Below, in pieces: positions 47,001 through 53,887 of a DNA stretch of 64,000 nucleotides. Location: NCBI GenBank assembly GCA_000092065.1, contig CP000594.1. One strand, given 5' to 3'. Every line of letters begins with the position of its first letter. Within the stretch, counting starts at the first letter, position 1. The translations under genes were made by a program, and so were the position numbers. The notes under the pieces were generated by a model. That model ran no database searches and had not been told where the DNA came from. It worked only from the letters and a program-made list of their open reading frames with translations. This stretch comes from Ostreococcus lucimarinus. Lineage: Eukaryota.

Positions 47001-47116
47001 TCTTCGTGGTGAGATGGTCCCTCGTGTACCACGCCGCTCCCCTTTAAGTATGAAAAGTTATGTCCAATATATTGCGCGCGATGTCCGATGGTACACCATA
47101 CAATTTCATAGTTAAG
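43389..47116 (-). mobile_element. Copy C, the longest copy of the Prim-Pol/S3H + GIY-YIG element (about 3.73 kb), in minus orientation
   Basis: Termini are 'caggcccaggcgcggccgcaatgctactttaaactta...' (3' end, shared with copy A-right) and '...tcatagTTAAG' (5' end, shared with copy A-left). Internal order is 5' leader (~405 bp), primase-helicase, inverted-repeat spacer (~420 bp), GIY-YIG, 3' region (~320 bp). Confidence 0.75.
44501..46711 (-). CDS. Primase-polymerase/SF3 helicase, copy C (736 aa, intact)
   Basis: About 98% amino-acid identity to 16183..18393, with the same motifs. Confidence 0.85.
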   Translation of the reverse strand: MIYMDAREFTNGMHLIPLDQDKEPTCGRGFLDEANYERNTQKVIPGEMYGVLTGRPNRVLVIDWDCYGGKCEFELTEEMLTRKVGGEGAYIVKTRSGGYHTYFAWDEERFGDWKGTVGIEGFVDIRTTGNYVVGADAPGYELLRGDINNLPPMPNDLYSFLDGKVGHKVERADTECSFTQASVTPLLEEMGFTGIHWLSGATSYDFECDQCRPQRGTTVGQCPCCGGFHEGNGRGGGNHFYVAEVGLGVLTVKNHGNCKPRQFRFEVGCLVTGITEKEQNEIKEGTSAGYIEVRREFEKHVAKILTKDLFCDDSCYGTTGDITKYSEAALVRRYRELSFVDENGVLRKGKKNGFIEKWLDDDNKRVYDNLDVVPKNCSNKTYNLWRGYPVEGIPSELGKEGDVKPFLELLLVLCGGSENALEYASNWFACLFQRPEEKPITSLVFRGVQGTGKGTFLHLLHALMGKTFHETADPKKDIFGTHANMIEGKKCLALNEADECIMKMYRKLLKSMLTDTSFTINPKHVQLYVIMNLVGFLFFSNDDYPVFLEMSDRRFVVMEPLLTHLNDQTGFLKEFREVYIRDPRNLRAIYDHLMGLDLSTFDYVKDRPTTDAYSEMKRGCMPKFTRWFEHCVTVEFPEKWVGNKIRNSDIFIEYQTWLPAAARGQDSATKVGNKLKDFFKKEKGHRVPMQEDHLRQGRDEKGVYWEIDRDGCFEWLKNNGYTGETELAPAVVWCSY

Positions 47117-47181
47117 CCACACTTATTATATGACGACAGTGCCTACCTGTCGGTGGTCACGGAAAAGTTGCGTCTCAGACT

Positions 47182-47329
47182 GAGGATGGCGTGGCTCATG
47201 CGAGCTATATATACCTCATATATACATATATTAACACTTATAACACTATTAATGTACAATTGATTGGATGAGGTGCTCAGTCCACCCGCGCGAGGTCAAC
47301 AGCAGCAATTGTCTATGCACTTGGAGCAT
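47182..47329. repeat. Direct repeat DR-1 (~150 bp). It contains TA-rich 'gctatatatacctcatatatacatatattaacac' and the 3' coding end of the metallothionein-like gene.
   Basis: About 88% identical to 48858..49006. Confidence 0.8.
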
Positions 47330-47595
47330 GAGTTTTTGCACTCGCACGACGGACACGCGCAGGAGGTGCATCCGCACGACTTACACGTGGTCGCATCGGG
47401 ACACGCGCATTTGTCGGGGCCACAAGCATCACAGTCTTTCGGGCAGCACGCCTTGTCCGTGGACTCAGATTGTACCGTCCGTGCTGCAACCCGCGTCGGG
47501 CGCGAGACGACGCGCACGGCGCGTGGCGCGGTTCTTGACAATACGAAATCTGGTATCTGCGTACTCTTTACCTTAACGGCGGAGACTTTGAGCAT
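47296..47595 (-). CDS. Metallothionein-like Cys-rich protein
   Basis: ORF 47296..47643. The last ~52 aa are about 40% Cys: 'ACCPKDCDACGPDKCACPDATTCKSCGCTSCACPSCECKNSCSKCIDNCCC'. The Met at 47595 ('MLKVSAV') was taken as the start. The N-terminal ~45 aa are non-Cys, so the true start or exon structure is uncertain. Confidence 0.4.
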   Translation of the reverse strand: MLKVSAVKVKSTQIPDFVLSRTAPRAVRVVSRPTRVAARTVQSESTDKACCPKDCDACGPDKCACPDATTCKSCGCTSCACPSCECKNSCSKCIDNCCC

Positions 47596-47810
47596 TGTTG
47601 CGTCGAGGAATGGGCCAAGGGTAAGTAACCTCGTGGTCGGCACGTGCCCGCCTTATACAATCGACGCCTGAAAAGGGAGACTGGATGAGATCGAGGGCAC
47701 CCCGTGAGCGATCACTCTTCGACGCGGAACTCGTTCCTGTAGACGGCCAGCCACCACTCGAACGACCATACGGCAGCACAAAAGTACATCCACAACGTGT
47801 ACGTATCGAA

Positions 47811-48542
47811 ATGGCTGCCTATACTCAAGCGACGTTAACAGCACCTTCGTCGTCGACAGCCGTAAGCAATTCGAAGATAAGACTACGCCGTTCACGAACA
47901 ACTACGCGCACACATTCTGATCCGTCCGAAAGTACGCCGTTGAGTGAAGAGGCGCAAATCATAGTTGATGCATCGGAGGCGTACCCAGCGCAGACAAGCG
48001 TGGATTATTCGTTCGCAAGGAGTGGGTTCAGTAACCAGTGTGAACGAGCACTCAACGAGCAAATCAATGTCGAGTACAATATTTCGTACGTCTATCACGC
48101 CATGTGGGCGTACTTCAATCGTGACAATATCGCATTGGCTGGCTTTGCTGAACACTTTCGAAAAGAGTCACTGGAGGAGCGTGCGCATGCGGAACAACTC
48201 ATGGAGTACATGAACTTACGAGGCGGCAAAGTTGAGCTCCAACAATTGTTACCACCACAGAGTGAATACGATCGCCCGGAGAAAGGATGCGCACTATTAG
48301 CCCTGGAGCTGAGTTTGAGTCTCGAAAAGTTGAATAAAGAGAAACTGTGTGAACTGCATCGCGTCGCTGAGGATGCAGGAGACGCACATATGTGCGATTT
48401 TATTGAAGGCGAGTTATTAGACTCGCAGGTTCAAAGTGTGCGACAGGTTAGCGAGATGGTCGCCACGCTATTACGCATGGGACCGCCAGCAGATGGTATG
48501 GCAACTTGGCACTTCGATCAAACCTTACTTGAGGTGGCATAG
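47811..48542 (+). CDS. Ferritin with an N-terminal transit-peptide-like extension
   Basis: Classic ferritin signature: 'CERALNEQINVEYNISYVYHAMWAYFNRDNIALAGFAEHFRKESLEERAHAEQLMEYMNLRGG'. The ORF is open from 47685, the first ATG is at 47811 ('MAAYTQATLTAPSSS...'), and the Ser/Thr/Arg-rich leader is consistent with organellar targeting. Confidence 0.8.
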   Translation: MAAYTQATLTAPSSSTAVSNSKIRLRRSRTTTRTHSDPSESTPLSEEAQIIVDASEAYPAQTSVDYSFARSGFSNQCERALNEQINVEYNISYVYHAMWAYFNRDNIALAGFAEHFRKESLEERAHAEQLMEYMNLRGGKVELQQLLPPQSEYDRPEKGCALLALELSLSLEKLNKEKLCELHRVAEDAGDAHMCDFIEGELLDSQVQSVRQVSEMVATLLRMGPPADGMATWHFDQTLLEVA

Positions 48543-48640
48543 AAGCGGATTGTATCTCGTTGAGTCTAGTCACTTTCGTGTGCTCGTTTCGTTGGTTTCT
48601 GGTTACGAGTTCTTCCGTTGTTCTAAATATAACATATATT

Positions 48641-48862
48641 TAGACATATCCAAACCCTAGTACAATCACCCTAGGGTTTAGTCAAACTTTAATCAGTTTT
48701 ATCTAAATTAATTTTCATCTGTCGTCGCGAAAGATGAATCCTCGCGACAGAAAAACAGGTCTAAACCTTAAACCCTAACTTCGGTTGGGCTATATAGCAC
48801 TTTGGGCGGTTAAAACCGCGCCCAAAGCCCCATATATTGTCCCATGTTTCGGCCAAATCCCG
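48641..48862. promoter_or_regulatory. Partial copy of the upstream-module repeat, with telo-box-like 'aaaccctag', 'ccctagggtttag', 'taaaccttaaaccctaac', TATA 'gggctatatagc' and hairpin 'ctttgggcggttaaaaccgcgcccaaag'
   Basis: Similar to 36130..36240. It sits just 5' of direct repeat DR-2. Confidence 0.45.
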
Positions 48863-49006
48863 CGCTTTGAGGATGGCGTGGCTCATGCGACCTATATATG
48901 CCTCATGCGTACATATATTAACATTTATAAGGGTATTAATACATAATTGATTGGATGGGGTGCTCAGTCCACCCGCGCGAGGTCAACAGCAGCAATTGTC
49001 TTTGCA
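48858..49006. repeat. Direct repeat DR-2, partner of 47182..47329
   Basis: Aligned by eye. The minus strand here again ends an ORF with '...CKDNCCC*'. Confidence 0.8.
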
Positions 49007-49177
49007 CTGATCAGTCCGTGTTTGACAAGGAGACGTTCGCGCGAAAGTGAGTGGAGTGAGATAAGCAAAATTGGGATTTTTTGTTATTTAAAATGACTTC
49101 TTTTATATCGACGATCTTGTCTCGATTATACGCTGACCTTCGCGGGTGCTTGTTGTACTTGTACGTACACGACCCAG

Positions 49178-50968
49178 CTAGTCCGCTTTGTTGTGGATCT
49201 TGTCGCACTTGTCGAAAGCGTATGCGGCGACGGTACTGCTGACCCCGGACGGATCAAAGACTGATGCGAGCTCAGCTGCCGCGCGGACCGCATCCGTCTC
49301 TGATTCCGCGCTGTTTACGTTTTTCATCGCAGAAAAATAGCCGGTAGTCTTACCAACCGCCTCCATACCTTGGTCGAGACTATTTGCCGCCTTTTTCAAA
49401 GCAGCAAGCTTACTCCCAGCTTCGGCAACGTTAGCACCGGCACGGGCTGCAGCCTTGGCCCCAGTTGTCGCAGCTCCACTACTCCCAGCGGTCGCTACAA
49501 ATGCAATAATTTCCAACGGCCCGAGAATCATATTAGTTACCGCGGAGCCACAAGCGGCGTCATCTTTTGCGGCACCCATACCGCAGTTCACCCACTTCTC
49601 ACCGCTCACTGTTGGAGGTTGGCCCCAGCAAACTGGACCGACGCCATTGTAACCACTGCGACATTTCTTGTAACACAAACCAGCGTCGTACTCCAAACCA
49701 GGAGGACACGTGGCTGCTTCAAAGCCGTGTGAGCAGTATATCTTTTTCGGGCAACTCGGCGCAATTCCATGTGCGTACCCATTGCCGGTGCAAGAAACGC
49801 CGCACAAGTTGCAGCCAATCCGGTTCGGATGACTGCTAGGGCAAGGAGGATAACAAAGTCCAAGACAGTCTTGTCTTCCTTTTCTGCTACAGTGCCTTCC
49901 GCCGCATACGAGTCTTGTCCTCGCGTTCCCCAAAAGGCGTCGACCGTTGGCCGCATGTTCGCCAAGGGTGGATGATGATGATGACCAGTACTCCCAGCCA
50001 CACTGGACGGTACCAACACCACGACCGCGGTTACCTCTGTTACAAAAAAGACCATGATCATTCCAGCCCGAGCCGCAGCGTTGATGGCAGTCGTAGCCAA
50101 ATCTGGCATAATTACCGAGGTGGTGGCATTTGGTATAGCACAAGACGCCCCCTGCAATTGTTTCTTTATTGGAAGGGCAATGAGACGGGACTTTGCCCAC
50201 ATCGCGGCCGTATGAGTTTTTCCAACAGAACTCGACGGTGATGGCGTTCGCAACGACAGCACCCTTCGCATTCGACGCAGCACTTACACCATCACTAAAG
50301 CTGTCCCATTTTCCGCCCAACCGAGCAGATAGCATCGCTTCGTGTACCTCCAATAATGCCTTGTCTTGCTCAATCTCTTCGTGCAGTTTTTGCATATATG
50401 CTGAGACGTTCACTGGCGCCGGTTGCGTCGCACCCTCATCCACCGTGGCCTGCCAAACGAAGTTCGAATGCTCATCATTAGCAAGATTTTCATCGTCACG
50501 CCTGCGCAAATGTTGTTTAAGCATCTTAATTCGTAATAGCGTCGCGTTTCTTCCGCCCTTGGTCGATATGAACATGCCATCCTCGGCTCCTGCCGCATTC
50601 AACCTGGGTTCGGCACCTGGGATCACCTCCCCAGGACCCGCACTCCCGAGCAACGCGTGGACTTCTGGACCGAATTCCATCTCGTCAACGAATTCGTCCA
50701 AGTGATCAGGGAGATCAAATTCACCCTGGATCGAGTGCGCGGACAATCCCAGCAACGCAGACGGCCCTTTCGGTGCACTTTCACGGTACGAGAACGAAAT
50801 CACACCCACAGCAAACAGCACAGCGGCCTGCTTCACGGTACACCAGCCGCATGCCGCCGCTTTTCGCCCTTCACGTTCCTCCGTTTGTTGCCAACTGCGA
50901 GCGCCGTCGTTCGACGAGCCGGGCGCGCCGTATGTCTCACTAATCGCCGCCGCTTCGTACGTCGGCAT
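49178..50968 (-). CDS. Hypothetical Cys-rich type-II membrane protein
   Basis: 596-aa ORF. It has the N-terminal TM 'AAVLFAVGVISFSY', repeated 'C..C...G...G..C' modules ('CYTKCHHLGNYARFGYDC', 'CYKKCRSGYNGVGPVC') and an Ala/Gly-rich C-terminus. Confidence 0.4.
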   Translation of the reverse strand: MPTYEAAAISETYGAPGSSNDGARSWQQTEEREGRKAAACGWCTVKQAAVLFAVGVISFSYRESAPKGPSALLGLSAHSIQGEFDLPDHLDEFVDEMEFGPEVHALLGSAGPGEVIPGAEPRLNAAGAEDGMFISTKGGRNATLLRIKMLKQHLRRRDDENLANDEHSNFVWQATVDEGATQPAPVNVSAYMQKLHEEIEQDKALLEVHEAMLSARLGGKWDSFSDGVSAASNAKGAVVANAITVEFCWKNSYGRDVGKVPSHCPSNKETIAGGVLCYTKCHHLGNYARFGYDCHQRCGSGWNDHGLFCNRGNRGRGVGTVQCGWEYWSSSSSTLGEHAANGRRLLGNARTRLVCGGRHCSRKGRQDCLGLCYPPCPSSHPNRIGCNLCGVSCTGNGYAHGIAPSCPKKIYCSHGFEAATCPPGLEYDAGLCYKKCRSGYNGVGPVCWGQPPTVSGEKWVNCGMGAAKDDAACGSAVTNMILGPLEIIAFVATAGSSGAATTGAKAAARAGANVAEAGSKLAALKKAANSLDQGMEAVGKTTGYFSAMKNVNSAESETDAVRAAAELASVFDPSGVSSTVAAYAFDKCDKIHNKAD

Positions 50969-51222
50969 AGTTTGTTCCTTTAGTCGAGCGTCGGATTGTG
51001 GCGAAACGGCGGGTGCCCTCGGTCGGTCGGACGGACTTTCGCGGTCGGTCGGACGAGGGGCCCGTTGGCGCCCCGCGGGTGTGTGTACCAGCCCTTAGGG
51101 TTTAATGTATATTAATGTATTTATGGGTATCATCCCGCGCAATTCGAGGGGTAGATTACTGTACTGTACAGTAACCCTCTAGTAGAACACGCTAGGTGAA
51201 ATCAAGCGCCGCGACCGTACGC

Positions 51223-51304
51223 TTATTCTCGTCGGCGTTTGCCGCTGCCGCTGCTACTGCTACTGCTACTGCTACTGCTCGAGGACGAGCTCGAAGACGA
51301 ACTT

Positions 51305-51342
<38 letters not shown>

Positions 51343-51912
51343 CCACGTCGATTCATCCTCGTCTTCATCCTCTCTTAATTCATCCGCAAACTCGCGCGAA
51401 CTGCGCACCAAAGCCTCTTCAAACTGCCGCTGCGCCTCGCTCCGCGCGCCTTCGAATCGAAACACCAACCGCGGCGTGTGTTTCATCGTCAACATCTTCG
51501 ACAGCATCGTCCGTATTTTCTGCGCGTTCCGCTCCAACGCGTTCCCCGCGATGTGTTCCTCCCCCATCCGCGTCGTTCCGTACAGCACGTGCACCGTCTT
51601 AAAATCTTTCGACACGCGCGCGTCCATCACGTTCGCCCCCGTGCCGTCAAACTTGTGCGCCAGCTCCTCGTGCACCACGCGCTTCAGCGCTTTGCGCACG
51701 CGCGCGCTCTGTCGAATCTGCGCCTTGTCCTGATCGATCGTCGTCCGCTCCACCTCGATCGGGCGTCGCGCCGCGCGCGGGCGCCGCGTCGTCGTCCCCG
51801 CGAAGTGCGCGCCGCTCGCCGCGCTCGCCGCGCCGCGCTCGCGCGCGCCCGCGCGCGCCGACGACGCCGTCGCGGTCAGGCGCATCAGCGCTCGCGTCGC
51901 GCGTCGACGCAT
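51223..51912 (-). CDS. rbfA: Ribosome-binding factor A (RbfA)-like protein with an Arg/Ala-rich presequence and an acidic poly-Asp/poly-Ser tail
   Basis: RbfA-like core: 'RQSARVRKALKRVVHEELAHKFDGTGANVMDARVSKDFKTVHVLYGT'. The first Met in the Arg-rich leader is at 51912..51910. The rest of the 399-aa ORF upstream is a high-GC open frame. The (GTC)n and (GCTACT)n microsatellites at 51246–51352 encode the D/S tail. Confidence 0.45.
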
Positions 51913-52008
51913 CGTCGCGTCCCGCGTCGCGTCGCGTCGCGTCCCGAGCGCCGCGATGTCCCGAGCGCCAATCGCCGCCGCGCCGCTCGGCGCCGCGCGC
52001 GGGACGCG

Positions 52009-52887
52009 ATGCCACCGCCGACGCGCGCGACGCCCGCGCGCGGCGCGCCCGACGTCGCCCGCGAGTGGGCGGCCGCGGGCGTCGGGTGCGCGCTCGCGGA
52101 CACGGTGTTCAACCCGCTCGAGGTGCTCAAGGTTCGCGCGCAACAACGACCGGACGCGGTCGCGCTGCGAGCGCTCGCGCGCGAGGCGATCGCGCGCGAT
52201 GGATTCGCGCGGGGCTTGCTCGCGCCGGGACTCGCGGCGACGTGGATGCGAGGGCTGTCGTACACGGGGTTTCGAATCGGGCTGTACCCGACGACGCGGG
52301 ACGAGGCGCTGCGCGTCTTCGGCGGCGACGGCGTCGGCGCGCGAGTGCTCGCGGGGGCGGTCACGGGCGGGATAGGCGCGGTGGTGTTTAATCCGATCGA
52401 CGTCGTGCGAGTGCGGATGCAATCGAGCGAGTGCGGGTATCGAAGCACGGTGGGGGCGTTCGCGGAGGTGGCGAGAGAGGAAGGCGTGAGACGCGGATTG
52501 TGGCGAGGCGCGGGGGCGTGCGTGGCGCGCGCGATGACGCTGTCGGGGTCGCAGTTAGCGACGTATGATGTCAGTAAACGATGGTTGTTGAAAAATGGGA
52601 CGTTTAGCGAGGACGCGCCGCCGTTGCACTTTACGTGCTCGTTCGCGAGCGGCGTCGTCGCGCAAACCGTCACGCAACCCGTGGACACGCTCAAGACGCT
52701 CGTCATGTCCAACGTCGGCGACAAGCGAGGCGCGATGACCATCGCGCGCGATGTCATCGCCAATCACGGCGTTCGCGGGTTATACAGGGGCTACTTTGCC
52801 GCAGCCGCGCGACAAGGTCCAGTCATGACGCTCCAAATGCCCATAGTAGAGGCGCTCAGAAGATTTTTGGGCCTCGAATACTTTTGA
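52009..52887 (+). CDS. Mitochondrial carrier family (SLC25) protein
   Basis: There are three tandem ~100-aa repeats, each with a carrier signature: 'PLEVLKVRAQ', 'PIDVVRVRMQ' and 'PVDTLKTLVM'. The Met at 52009 precedes the first helix. The longer ORF from 51478 is a GC artefact. Confidence 0.75.
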   Translation: MPPPTRATPARGAPDVAREWAAAGVGCALADTVFNPLEVLKVRAQQRPDAVALRALAREAIARDGFARGLLAPGLAATWMRGLSYTGFRIGLYPTTRDEALRVFGGDGVGARVLAGAVTGGIGAVVFNPIDVVRVRMQSSECGYRSTVGAFAEVAREEGVRRGLWRGAGACVARAMTLSGSQLATYDVSKRWLLKNGTFSEDAPPLHFTCSFASGVVAQTVTQPVDTLKTLVMSNVGDKRGAMTIARDVIANHGVRGLYRGYFAAAARQGPVMTLQMPIVEALRRFLGLEYF

Positions 52888-52926
52888 ACTTTCGAGCGCG
52901 CGAGATTCGACGCTCGCAGCGATTCG

Positions 52927-53808
52927 TTGTATTTATCATCTATTCTTTCAGCGCGCTCGAAGCCTTCCCTCGCGCGTCGCGGTGCCAGAGCGCGGCCAAC
53001 CTCGTCCGTACCTCACACCTCGACGCGCCGAAGCATGCGCGCCGCGACGTCGCCGCGGGTTCGCGCCGCCCTACGGCCGTCGACGCGTCTTTCGCGCGTG
53101 CGCACATCGCGCGCGACTCACACGCGCGCGGAGCCGTCGAAAAGCGAGGAAAAGGCGTCGAAAGACGCGCAAGATGAAGATGACGCGTTCGCGATTGATT
53201 TATCCGTCGACGTCGAAAAGGAGTTCAAACGCGGCCTGGAGTTCGGGAACACTGAAGTGCGCGCGCGCTTCCGCCCAGAGGCGATCTCTGAAGTCGACCG
53301 CGGGTTGCCGATCGCGGATTCGCTCGTCGCGGTGTCCGCGCAGGTGCTCGTGGCGGTGGCGGCGCTCAGCGCGGGAAACATTCCGTCGTGGTTGGCGCCG
53401 ATTGGACCGAGGTGGCGTGGATTAGCGTATTTGTTGCCCGCAATCGTGCATGGGGCGAAATTAGCGAGCGTGTGGGTCGTGGGGGGGCTGGCGGGGAAGG
53501 CGTACGAGCGGAAGGCGTTCGATGGGACGTTTCGGGAGGCTATGCGACGAACGGTGAGCGGCGGATGTTTCGCCGTGGGGCTGCTGATATTTATCACGCA
53601 GATTGAAGTGGCGCATAAGTTTCACGAGTTAGGGTTGGGAGATCCCGTGCTTGAATCGTCGCCCGAGGGTGATTTAGTGATAAATGGAGCACTGTCTGAG
53701 CTTTTGGTTGACATCTTCAGCGAAGCCGGCGCGTTGCTGACGTGGCGAGCGATTAGGTGGAACACGTCGCCGACTGATCCGGCATCATTGCTGGAGGAGG
53801 AAGAGTAG
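52927..53808 (+). CDS. Hypothetical organelle-targeted membrane protein
   Basis: A Ser/Arg/Thr-rich presequence is followed by hydrophobic segments ('LVAVSAQVLVAVAALSAG', 'LAYLLPAIVHGAKLASVWVVGGLAG', 'GGCFAVGLLIFI'). No named domain was recognised. Confidence 0.3.
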   Translation: MYLSSILSARSKPSLARRGARARPTSSVPHTSTRRSMRAATSPRVRAALRPSTRLSRVRTSRATHTRAEPSKSEEKASKDAQDEDDAFAIDLSVDVEKEFKRGLEFGNTEVRARFRPEAISEVDRGLPIADSLVAVSAQVLVAVAALSAGNIPSWLAPIGPRWRGLAYLLPAIVHGAKLASVWVVGGLAGKAYERKAFDGTFREAMRRTVSGGCFAVGLLIFITQIEVAHKFHELGLGDPVLESSPEGDLVINGALSELLVDIFSEAGALLTWRAIRWNTSPTDPASLLEEEE

Positions 53809-53887
53809 CGATTAATTGTTGTGATTCGATTCTTGTATTATATTATTTTCAACTTTCAATTCGTGTGTGTGTATTTGAGCGCACGCG

